The position numbers were made by a program, and so were the translations under genes. Source: an uncultured Chloroflexia bacterium (GTDB lineage Bacteria > Chloroflexota > Dehalococcoidia > UBA2979). Taken from it: a stretch of DNA of 64,000 nt. Location of the stretch: assembly GCA_963728205.1 (NCBI GenBank), contig CAVSIV010000006.1:896001-960000 (forward strand), written 5' to 3'. Of the stretch, positions 46,101 through 54,016 are shown in pieces. Under the pieces are notes generated by a model. That model did no database searches, was not told the origin of the DNA, and was given only the letters and a program-made list of their open reading frames with translations. How positions within the stretch are numbered: the first letter of the stretch is position 1; every line of letters starts with the position of its first letter.

Positions 46101-48939
46101 TCTCGAACGGCAGATCCTGGTGCTCCGCTGCGTCGAGCACAGTTGCTCGGGCGCGGCGCAGCAGTTCTCGGAAGGTGGGGTTGCCGGCGCTGCTCGTACG
46201 GAGAACGACCGTGTTCACGAGCGGCCCGATCAGGCCCTGGACCTGCGGCCCCGTACGGTTCCCGAAGCCCGAGCCCAGCACGATGTCTTCGATCCCGCTG
46301 TATCGAGTCATGATCGCCACGAAGCCCGCGAGGAGCGCGGTGAACAGCGTGGCGTCCTCTTCGCGCGCGAGCGCGTGGAGCCTCGCCTCGAGCTCGACCG
46401 GCAGCTCGAGGATGAGTCGGGCGCCGGCGAACCCCTGGGTGGGCGGCCGCGGCCGGTCCGTCGGCACTTCCAGTACCGGAGGCTGTCCCGACAGCCGGTC
46501 CTTCCAGTGCTCGATCTCCTGCTCGAGGACGGCACCGCGCAAGCGATCGCGTTGCCAGGCGGCGAAGTCGACGAACTGCAGTTCGGGCTCCGGGAGCGGG
46601 GAAGGCTCACCACGGCATGACGCGTTGTACAGCGCCCGCAGCTCACCGAGTTCGACCGCCAGGGACCATCCGTCGTGGACGAGATGATGCTCGACTTGGA
46701 CGAGGATGTGATCGTCGGCGTGGAGCCGCAGCAGCTTCCAGCGAATCAGCGGCAGCTCCCATGGATTGAAGATCTGCTGGCATTCCTCGCGGACCAGCCG
46801 ATCAGCCTCGCTCTCCCGGTACGCCGACGGAACGTCGTCGATCGTCTCGACCGGGAGCGAAACGCGATCGGGGGCGTGCACGACCTGGACAGGGCGCCCG
46901 TCGGTCGCCGGGAACGTCGTCCGGTAGATCTCATGGCGCCGCACGAGCTCACCGAGCGCGTCCTCGAGCGCGTGCACGTTGAGCTTCCCGCGAAGCCTCA
47001 GCGTGAACTGGAAGTTGTACGCGAGGCTCCAGGGGCTCAGCTGGTGCAGATGCCAGATCGTCTCCTGGACGAAGGACGTCGGCAGCGCCTCATTCCGTGG
47101 GGCGCGTGGAATCGCGTGGTTCCGCACGCGCGGACCATCCGCCGCGCGTGCGTCGATCTCGCGCGCCAGCCTCGCGATCGTCGGCCGATCGAACACCGTG
47201 CGGACGGAGAGGTCCACGCCGAAGCGCTCCCGTACCTCACTGGCGAGTTGCGCGGCGAGCAGAGAGTGTCCGCCCAGGTCGAAGAAGCTCACATGGATGC
47301 CGGGATCGCGCACGTTGAGCAGGCGACACCAGAGGCGCGAGAGCGCGACCTCAGTCGGCGTTCCCGGTCGCAGATCGTCGGCCGGCGCCCGCCCCTGGGC
47401 CATCCCCGGAGGGGGCAGCGCGGCGAAGTCCACCTTTCCGCCTCCAGTACGGGGGAGCATCGGGACCGGGATGAGTTGCGAAGGCACGAGGTACGACGGA
47501 TGGGATGCTCGAAGGTCCCTCGTCACTGCCTCAGCATCGAAGGACGCGGGGTCCGCGACTACGTAGGCAACGAGGCTGCGATAGCCGGCGTCGGTTTCGA
47601 GCGATGTGACCGCCGCCCCCGCAAGGGATGGGTGACGCACGAGCGCTGCCTCAACCTCGCCGAGCTCGACGCGGAAACCCCGGATCTTCACCTGCCTGTC
47701 GAGACGCCCGAGAAACTCGAGCGCCCCGTCCGGACGCGTCCGCACGAGGTCCCCGGTGCGGTAGAGGCGAGGGCTGGCCCCCGCGGAGCCAAAGGGGTTC
47801 GCGATGAACCGCTGCGCCGTCAGCTCCGGTTGCCCGAGGTAGCCGAGCGCGAGCGTCGGCCCTCCCACCAGCAGCTCGCCCGGTCGCTCGTCGGCCACTG
47901 CGTTGCCGAACTCGTCCACAATGTGGACCACCACTCCCGGCAGCGGGAAGCCAATCGGAACCGGGGCCGCCAAGGGCTCCGGCCGGCACGACCAGCTGGT
48001 AACGTCGACGCAGGTCTCCGTCGGGCCGTAGCAGTTGATGAGCGCGGCCGAACTCGACTCGAAGAAGGCGGAGACGACATCCGAGGCAAGCGTGTCCCCG
48101 CCGCACACCACTCGCCTGAGGCTCGTGATTGCCCTCCAGGACGGGTCGGCGATCATGGAACGCAGCATCGCCGGCACCGTGTCCAGGACCGTCACTGCCC
48201 TCGCGGCGATCAGACTGTTCAGATAGGCCGCGTCCCGTTCCCCACCCGGCTCGGCGATGACGACGCGCGCACCGACCGTGAGTGGTCCGAAGACCTCGGC
48301 GATCGACGCGTCAAAGCTCGTCGAGTACTTGTGCAGCACACGGTCGTTGTCATCCAGGGGGTGTCGCTGTTGCGCCATGCGCAGATGCGCCACCACGGAG
48401 GACTGCGGAACCATCACACCCTTGGGCGCGCCCGTTGAGCCCGACGTGTAGATCACGTATGCCAGCGAATCGGGACGCGTGGGGGATCCGGGCGGCTCGT
48501 CCGTCTCGGCGGCGATCTGATCGCCGTGCTCGTCCAGGACGACGAGAGTCGTTGAGCGCGGCACGTCCGGACGCGCGGAGCCGGTCAGAACGAACGGGGC
48601 CGCCGTTTCGCGGACGATATGTGCGAGCCGGTCGGCGGGCTCGGATGGGTCGCAGGGCACGTACGCGCCCCCGGCCTTGAGGATCCCGAGGAGAGATACC
48701 ACCGACCCGATCGATCGTTCGACGGCGTGGACGATGCACGTGTCCGGCGCGACGCCCAGTCTCTGCAGATAGCGAGCCAGGCGATTCGCCCGAGTGTCGA
48801 GCTCGCGGTACGAAAGAGTGATGCCGGCCGACTCAACGGCGACGGCCTCGGGGGTGCGGGCTGCCTGCTCCGCCACCAGCTGATGAAGCGTCGGCATCTG
48901 GGCGACCCCGGCGTCGATGTGGGACGCGAACTCCCACAT
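43111..48939 (-). CDS. Two-module NRPS A-T-C-A-T-TE (start uncertain: 48897/48939/49020)
   Basis: Two A domains (YTSGSTG.PKG, YGPTE, YRTGD), two PCPs (FFDLGGHSL, FFALGGHSL), C domain EHHLVHDG, TE GHSTG. Confidence 0.96.
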   Translation of the reverse strand: MWEFASHIDAGVAQMPTLHQLVAEQAARTPEAVAVESAGITLSYRELDTRANRLARYLQRLGVAPDTCIVHAVERSIGSVVSLLGILKAGGAYVPCDPSEPADRLAHIVRETAAPFVLTGSARPDVPRSTTLVVLDEHGDQIAAETDEPPGSPTRPDSLAYVIYTSGSTGAPKGVMVPQSSVVAHLRMAQQRHPLDDNDRVLHKYSTSFDASIAEVFGPLTVGARVVIAEPGGERDAAYLNSLIAARAVTVLDTVPAMLRSMIADPSWRAITSLRRVVCGGDTLASDVVSAFFESSSAALINCYGPTETCVDVTSWSCRPEPLAAPVPIGFPLPGVVVHIVDEFGNAVADERPGELLVGGPTLALGYLGQPELTAQRFIANPFGSAGASPRLYRTGDLVRTRPDGALEFLGRLDRQVKIRGFRVELGEVEAALVRHPSLAGAAVTSLETDAGYRSLVAYVVADPASFDAEAVTRDLRASHPSYLVPSQLIPVPMLPRTGGGKVDFAALPPPGMAQGRAPADDLRPGTPTEVALSRLWCRLLNVRDPGIHVSFFDLGGHSLLAAQLASEVRERFGVDLSVRTVFDRPTIARLAREIDARAADGPRVRNHAIPRAPRNEALPTSFVQETIWHLHQLSPWSLAYNFQFTLRLRGKLNVHALEDALGELVRRHEIYRTTFPATDGRPVQVVHAPDRVSLPVETIDDVPSAYRESEADRLVREECQQIFNPWELPLIRWKLLRLHADDHILVQVEHHLVHDGWSLAVELGELRALYNASCRGEPSPLPEPELQFVDFAAWQRDRLRGAVLEQEIEHWKDRLSGQPPVLEVPTDRPRPPTQGFAGARLILELPVELEARLHALAREEDATLFTALLAGFVAIMTRYSGIEDIVLGSGFGNRTGPQVQGLIGPLVNTVVLRTSSAGNPTFRELLRRARATVLDAAEHQDLPFERLVAELHPDRDLSRNPLFNVAFSSHDAHLPRLDLHGLEVALDYPDNYSAKFDINVIVTPRRAGGDATRPAEGFPLTRVEFEYNADLYDPETIRRLMAHYAALLAAVAAGPDLPVADAPILSTSERRQILDDWSGADSAPSLAGTLAQRFEQQVSAGPARIAVSDGARELTYGALNARANQVAHYLRSLGVSRQSTVGVCMDRSIDMLVALVAVIKLGAAYVPLDPGYPAERLAFIVDEAAPSVVLTTSAHRASLPSRPATCVRLDADAAIDAQPASNPGTAGSPDDPAYVMYTSGSTGKPKGVLVPQRGVLRLVVHADFCQVVESDRVAHVSNPSFDAATFEIWGALLNGAMVVIPSQDTILSASALAEHVVRHGVTVMFLTTALFNLVASARPDAFRTLRVVLFGGESADVRSVREVLRAGPPARLLHVYGPTETTTFATSHEVTEVPAGAHTIPIGRPISRTTVYVLDVRMQPVPPGVRGELYIGGEGVALGYLARPELSAERFVRNPFAGESGGVLYRTGDIVRFLPDGSLEFVGRRDNQVKVRGFRVEPGEIEATLAECDGVGDCAVVAEADGLGNRSLVAYVSERGDRRPSTETLRRFLAQRLPAYMIPARIVWLASLPLSPNGKVDRGALPASNTTRPDGTECVGPRTDAERRLAEIWQRVLSIDSVSVTADFFALGGHSLLAARLFWEIEQAFGVRLPISALFEAGTIERLAGVIEAGVVSREQRLVAMQPFGERPPIYFMHSADRYGLNYRHLARHLGPDQPSYLLLHRAPRPGDARDAGIPEMAREAAEEICRFQPAGPCFVVGHSTGGVVAFEVARVLQATGRQLGLVALLDTNCPAALRGFRPTLRRHVVALRRRSFTGKVDYVAKRVRYWRSRLRPQSPRARPAAAGSLSLQAVATYRPGPFRGRVTLFWGDEDYGDGGLDGDPRMRWQDFATDGLDVRRIPASHANMLTEPNVRMLAAELRRCIDEVLEGRSGPLPGAAARRV

Positions 48940-49209
48940 GCTTGCGAACTCCCACCGCGGCAGACCGGTCCGGTGGCCTGCGGCGTGGCGTCGAGGATGC
49001 ACGCTGCTGCCACGGCGCACGCCGGCGGACGCCGCTCACCTTCATCGCGGTTCGCCTGGCGACCCTCGGGCGGGCGACCCAGCGCGATGTCTGCGCCACG
49101 AACCCGGTCACGACATCTTGCGCATCGCAACCGGCCACGGATGCCTGATCGGCTGTGCCGCCGCTGCGGCTCGCGGTCGGCATCGTGGCGCGAACCTAGG
49201 TCCGTCGCG

Positions 49210-49224
49210 GTTAATCGACGGTTA
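49210..49224 (-). promoter_or_regulatory. TAAC-N7-TAAC box 7 (NRPS promoter)
   Basis: Minus strand TAACcgtcgatTAAC, then 11 bp, then TAGGTT. Confidence 0.7.
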
Positions 49225-49303
49225 CGGGGTAGGCGTCCCTACAGCGCCGGGACCCATCACGCCGTGCGACCTGCCTGCGTCGGTGCGGCCAGGCGGCGCG
49301 CAG

Positions 49304-49351
49304 TCTCCCTGCACCCTCGGGCCCCCAGGCGACCCCGAGGGTGCAGGGAGA
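49304..49351 (-). terminator. Long perfect hairpin insulating the NRPS promoter from the upstream operon
   Basis: TCTCCCTGCACCCTCGGG...CCCGAGGGTGCAGGGAGA. Confidence 0.6.
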
Positions 49352-49440
49352 GCGCACTCGCTCGCGAAGACTCATTTCGTCCGACCGAAGAGCCTCGCGG
49401 CAGCGGCCGCACGTTCGTCAAGCCGCGGCCGCGGCGCGCC

Positions 49441-49797
49441 CTACCCGCGAATGAGCTTGAGCAGCGTCCGGGACGCGATCGTGGCGGCCGCGGACGCGAA
49501 GCTGATGCCGGCGAGCGTGATCGCCGTCTGGTCGTACACCGGGTGCACGCGCACGCCGTCCGGCGAGACCTCGACGACCGCCACGCCGCGCGCCTTGCCG
49601 CCCGCGCCGCCCCCGCCGCCGGAGCCGGCGCCCTCGTCGTCGCCGCCGCCGCCCCAGCCGAGGCCGACCCCGTAGGCGACCTCGGCCACGGGGATCACGG
49701 TGCGGTCGCCACTGGAGACCGGCTGGCCGAAGCAGTGCCCGGCACTGGTCCGCTCCGGGACCTGGGCGAGCTCTTTCATGGCCTCGGCGGCGTCCAT
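49441..49797 (-). CDS. YtfJ/GerW-like small protein
   Basis: FGQPVSSGDRTVIPVAEVAYGVGLGWGGG...GSGGGGG..GVAVVEV. Confidence 0.75.
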   Translation of the reverse strand: MDAAEAMKELAQVPERTSAGHCFGQPVSSGDRTVIPVAEVAYGVGLGWGGGGDDEGAGSGGGGGAGGKARGVAVVEVSPDGVRVHPVYDQTAITLAGISFASAAATIASRTLLKLIRG

Positions 49798-49850
49798 CCG
49801 GGGTCTCCGTTCCTGCGAGCGAGCGTCCGCGAGCGGCGGCTCGCCGTCGT

Positions 49851-50198
49851 TCATGCGGACTCCAGCGTAGCGCGCCGCGACGACCGCCGCCGACCGAGCC
49901 ACCACCCGACCGCGAGCGACGCGCCCCAGAGCGCGAGCGTCCGCCGCACGGCCCGCGTCCGCGGATCCGGCACGCGCGGGATCGCGACCTCGTACCGCCG
50001 CCCCGCCTCCGTCACCTCGACGGCCACCGGCCGCACCCGGCCCAGCGTCAGCGCGAAGCCGGTGCCGCGCCCCGCGCCGACGCGCAGGCGACGGTGCTCG
50101 ACGCGCCCGCGCAGCGCGCGGTCACCGAACTGGCCGAGGTCGACGTGCTCGACCTCGGTCGTCAGCAGCGCACCCAGGCCACCGGGCATCGCGGGCAT
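49851..50198 (-). CDS. Hypothetical protein with C-terminal TM, co-oriented with YtfJ-like gene
   Basis: ORF fills gap between permease and YtfJ-like gene; VRPVAVEV..RYEVAIP..D.; start uncertain. Confidence 0.55.
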   Translation of the reverse strand: MPAMPGGLGALLTTEVEHVDLGQFGDRALRGRVEHRRLRVGAGRGTGFALTLGRVRPVAVEVTEAGRRYEVAIPRVPDPRTRAVRRTLALWGASLAVGWWLGRRRSSRRATLESA

Positions 50199-50235
50199 CA
50201 GCGGGCGGCCGCGGGGGCCGGCGCCGCCGCGCGCA

Positions 50236-50952
50236 CTAGAGGTCCTTCTGGCGGAAGACCCATACCGACGCGAACACCGCGGCGGCGGTCAGCGCGGGGA
50301 ACACGAGCATCACGCGGAAGACGTCCCAGCCCGAGACGTCGCCGCGGAACGTTGCCGGCAGCGCCTCGATCACGGCGGTGGTGCTCATCCACGTCAGCCC
50401 CAGGAACTGGAGCACGACGCCCGACAGCACGACCACGAGCAGCACGGCCAGCACGGCCATCAGCACGTTGGTCATCACGGTCGACATCGAGAGCCCGAAG
50501 GCCGCGAGGAAGGTGAGCAGCGCGCCCACCATGAGGATGCCGGCCAGCACGCCGCCGAACGACGTATCGGACGCGGCGTACCGCACGACGAGGTAGGCGA
50601 ACGGGATGATCACCACGAAGTAGACGGCGACGGTGAACCCGACGCGCGCAACGATCTTCGCGGAGATGTACTCGGTGCGCGTCACCGACCGCGACATGAT
50701 CGAGTCGGCGATGATGCCCGACTCGCCGTTGATCGCGCTGCTGGAGAGCACCGCCACGGCGAGCGCCGACAGCGGCGCGAGGACGGCCGCGATGTACGCG
50801 CCCATCGTCTCCGACGCGAGCTCGTTCTGGCTCGCTGCGACGGCGACCAGGAACAGCGCGGGACCAACGAGCAGCGGGATCCAGACGCGAGCGACCCAGG
50901 AGCGGGTCAGCTGCGTGAGGTCATACCGCAGGATGGCCAGGAATGCTTGCAT
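50236..50952 (-). CDS. ABC-2 family transporter permease
   Basis: Multiple TMs, INGESG..MSRSVTRTEYISAK, ends FRQKDL. Confidence 0.85.
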   Translation of the reverse strand: MQAFLAILRYDLTQLTRSWVARVWIPLLVGPALFLVAVAASQNELASETMGAYIAAVLAPLSALAVAVLSSSAINGESGIIADSIMSRSVTRTEYISAKIVARVGFTVAVYFVVIIPFAYLVVRYAASDTSFGGVLAGILMVGALLTFLAAFGLSMSTVMTNVLMAVLAVLLVVVLSGVVLQFLGLTWMSTTAVIEALPATFRGDVSGWDVFRVMLVFPALTAAAVFASVWVFRQKDL

Positions 50953-51988
50953 CCGTCGTCTCCGATTCGATGGTGCCGTTTGAGCCGCCGCGCTTGGCGA
51001 TGTCCTGCGTCGCGGCCCATGCGGCGGCGCGCAGGAAGCCGCGCGTGCGGTCCTCCTCCAGGCGCCGCAGGAAGGCCTCCTCGATCTCGTCCGCGCCGGT
51101 GTTGATGTGGAGGAGCTCCACGCCGGTGCGGTCGACAAGCTGGAGGACGCGCTCGATGTACTCGGGGAGCGGCTCGGTGCCGAGGAACGTGATGCGGAAC
51201 TCGGAGCCGAGGCGCTCGTAGCGCACGGAGCCGAGCTCGTCGAGCGTCGGGATCTGCTGCTCGAACGCCGCGGTGTTGCCTTCGATCTCCACCGCGATCG
51301 TGCCCTGGCGCGCCAGCCGCCGCATCTCCGCCATCGGCCCCGAGTAGATCTGGCGGCCGCTGGAGATGATGCCGACGTCGGTGCAGACGCGCTCGACGTC
51401 GCCCAGGATGTGCGTCGCGATGATGATCGTGCGGTCCCGGCCGGAGAGCTCGCGGATCAGCTCGATGGTCTGCTTGCGGCCCGCCGGGTCGAGACCCGAC
51501 GTCGGCTCGTCGAGGATCAGCAGCTCCGGGTCGTTCATCAGCGCCGCGGCGATGCCGAGGCGCGTGAGCATGCCGGTGGAGTAGCTGCCGATGCGCTGCG
51601 AGGCGGCGTTCGTGAGGTCGACCGCCTGCAGCAGCCGCGCCAGCTGGATCTTCGCGCGGTCCCCCGGCAGCCCGAGGACGGCGCCGACGAACTGCAGGTA
51701 CGAGATCGCCGTCATGTGCTTGGGGAAGTTCGGGTTGGTCGGCAGGAAGCCGATGCGGCGCCGGATGTCGGCGCGCTCGGCCGTCATCGGCTCGCCCAGC
51801 ACCGAGACCGTGCCCGCGGTCGGCCGCTGCAGGCCGAGCAGGATGCGGAAGGTGGTGGACTTGCCGGCGCCGTTCGGACCGACGAGCCCGAACACCGAGC
51901 CCTTCTCGACGCGCAGGTTCAGCGCGTTGAGGGCGATGTAGCGGTTCTCGTAGATCTTCGTGAGGTCCGACGTGAGTACGACGTGCAT
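50921..51988 (-). CDS. ABC transporter ATP-binding protein
   Basis: GPNGAGKST, YSTGMLTR, LILDEPTSGLDP. Confidence 0.95.
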   Translation of the reverse strand: MHVVLTSDLTKIYENRYIALNALNLRVEKGSVFGLVGPNGAGKSTTFRILLGLQRPTAGTVSVLGEPMTAERADIRRRIGFLPTNPNFPKHMTAISYLQFVGAVLGLPGDRAKIQLARLLQAVDLTNAASQRIGSYSTGMLTRLGIAAALMNDPELLILDEPTSGLDPAGRKQTIELIRELSGRDRTIIIATHILGDVERVCTDVGIISSGRQIYSGPMAEMRRLARQGTIAVEIEGNTAAFEQQIPTLDELGSVRYERLGSEFRITFLGTEPLPEYIERVLQLVDRTGVELLHINTGADEIEEAFLRRLEEDRTRGFLRAAAWAATQDIAKRGGSNGTIESETTDASIPGHPAV

Positions 51989-52231
51989 CGTGGGCACCTC
52001 CTGGGGGTCGCCCGCTTCCATGCGCGACGGCCGGCCCGGCGTCCCGCCCGGATCGACTAGCGGTGAGCGGGCATCATATCCGGCGCCCCCAAGACACGAA
52101 AGGCGGGGTTCCCCCGATTCCGGTGCGCGCCGCCGTGCCGCCGCCGGCGAACGGCCCGCGTCAGCGCGCTGAGCGGTCGCGCATGGCGGAGTGCCTCGTC
52201 GCCGGCGCCGGCGACGCCGCCCCGCACCCGC

Positions 52232-52657
52232 CTACGGCAACACCACGACCGCGTGCCCGGGACACGTCGCCTCGCCCGCCTGGTTGAACACATTCACGTC
52301 CAGGTAGACCCGACGCTCGCCCTCCTCCTCGCGCTTGTCGGTGACCGTCCCGCGCACCGTCAGCACGTCGTGCTTCTGGTTGATCGCGCGGTACTGGCAG
52401 CCCACCTCGCGGATCTCGGCCTCGTCGCCAATCCAGTCCTGCAGCGCGTTCACGATGTACGCGTAGCGCAGGTTCCCCATGCCGAACGCCCCTTGCTCGT
52501 TGAGCGCGGCGCGGCCGGCCTCGTCGTCCATGTGGATGTAAACGAACTCGTCGTTCACCGCGGCGTAGCGGTTCCAGTTCATGAAGTCGGTCTCGCGCGA
52601 CCACTCGGGCAGCGCGTCGCCGACGGTGACGGCGTCGAAGGTGACGTTCGTGGACAT
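52232..52657 (-). CDS. MaoC/hot-dog fold dehydratase
   Basis: FDAVTVGDALP, YAAVNDEFVYIHMDDE, NQAGE..PGHAVVVLP. Confidence 0.85.
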   Translation of the reverse strand: MSTNVTFDAVTVGDALPEWSRETDFMNWNRYAAVNDEFVYIHMDDEAGRAALNEQGAFGMGNLRYAYIVNALQDWIGDEAEIREVGCQYRAINQKHDVLTVRGTVTDKREEEGERRVYLDVNVFNQAGEATCPGHAVVVLP

Positions 52658-52698
52658 CGGTGACCTCCTGAGGCGCGACGCTGCGCGCCACTGCGCGA

Positions 52699-53196
52699 CT
52701 AGTAGCGGATGCCGGTCTGCACGCGGCGCTTCGCGAGCTCGCCGCGCTGGTTGCGCCACTCCGTCTCGTTGCGCGAGAAGAGCGTCAGGCCGAGCCGCGT
52801 CTCGCGCTCGTCCCAGTCCATCAACCGGCTGCGCGCGGTGACCACGTCGCCGGGCCGCATCGGCGCGCCGTAGGTGTCGACCTGCCCGCCGTTCATCCCG
52901 CGCGTGCCCGGACCGCCGCCCCGCGGCGTCGCGCGCTCCGGCCGGATCTCACGCTCGACCGGCCACGCGAACGGGTTGAAATCGCGCGGCGCGATGATGC
53001 CGCCCCAGCGTGTCGACGCCGCGTACTCGGCGTCCCAGTAGATCCGCGACGGTCGCTCCGGCCAGTACACCGCGATCGCCCACTTGCGGATGTCCGACTC
53101 GCTGATGGGCGGCGCCACGCGCTCCGGTCCCCACACGCCCTTCTGCTGCAGCATGTCGTCGGTGACGAGCGTCTGCGGTTGTGACTCCGTCGTCAC
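52699..53196 (-). CDS. MaoC N-terminal-type dehydratase partner (HadA-like)
   Basis: DIRKWAIA, YWDAEYA..GIIAP, MNGGQ..PMRPGD, WRNQRGE. Confidence 0.82.
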   Translation of the reverse strand: MTTESQPQTLVTDDMLQQKGVWGPERVAPPISESDIRKWAIAVYWPERPSRIYWDAEYAASTRWGGIIAPRDFNPFAWPVEREIRPERATPRGGGPGTRGMNGGQVDTYGAPMRPGDVVTARSRLMDWDERETRLGLTLFSRNETEWRNQRGELAKRRVQTGIRY

Positions 53197-53335
53197 GGCT
53201 GTCCCCCTCCACACGAACGTGATGACGCGCAGATGGTACGGCGCGGGGGGAAGCGCCTGCGCCGTCGATGGCAGGCGCCCGCACAGGCGCCCGCTACGAC
53301 TCGTGCCCGTAACGTGCGACACCTATAGTGCGGCC

Positions 53336-54010
53336 ATGCAGCGAGTGCTGATGCTCTCGGACGACGTGGCGAACGCGGCGGCCGCCGCCTCCGCGCTGCG
53401 CCAGGACGGCCGCGACGTCCGCGTGGAGACCAGCCCCGAGCGCTTCCTCCTCGCCGCGCGCGAATGGCGCCCCGCCGTCGCCCTCGTCGACCTCGAGATC
53501 GGCCTCACGCCCGGCGGCCTCGCCGCGCTGCTCCGCGACCCCGTGCTGTCCGAGGACGTCGGCATCGTCGCGATCGCGCTCCAGCCGCGCCTCGAGCTCG
53601 TCGGTCCCGGCGTGCAGATCGACGACTTCATCATGCCGCCGCTCGACGAGTCCGAGCTGCGCACGCGCGTCGCGCGGGTGCTGTGGCGCCGCACCGGCAC
53701 GGACGACGGCCACGTCCTCCGCGAGGGTGCGCTGACGATCGACCTCGAGCGCTACAAGGTGACAATCGACGGCGACGCCGTGGACCTCACCTACAAGGAG
53801 TACGAGCTGCTCCGCTTCCTCGCGACGAACCCCGGGAAGCCGTTCACGCGCGAAGCGCTGCTGAACCGCGTGTGGGGCTACGACTACTACGGGGGCTCGC
53901 GCACGGTCGACGTTCACATCCGTCGCATCCGCGCCAAGATCGAGCGGCAGCAGCAGTACGTCGAGACCGTGCGCAACGTCGGCTACCGCTTCATCGAGCG
54001 CACGCGCTAG
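53336..54010 (+). CDS. OmpR/GlnR-like response regulator (atypical receiver)
   Basis: DLTYKEYELLRFLATNPGKPFTREALLNRVWGYDYYGGSRTVDVHIRRIRAK; leaderless promoter TATAGT-N6-ATG. Confidence 0.88.
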   Translation: MQRVLMLSDDVANAAAAASALRQDGRDVRVETSPERFLLAAREWRPAVALVDLEIGLTPGGLAALLRDPVLSEDVGIVAIALQPRLELVGPGVQIDDFIMPPLDESELRTRVARVLWRRTGTDDGHVLREGALTIDLERYKVTIDGDAVDLTYKEYELLRFLATNPGKPFTREALLNRVWGYDYYGGSRTVDVHIRRIRAKIERQQQYVETVRNVGYRFIERTR

Positions 54011-54016
54011 TCGCCG

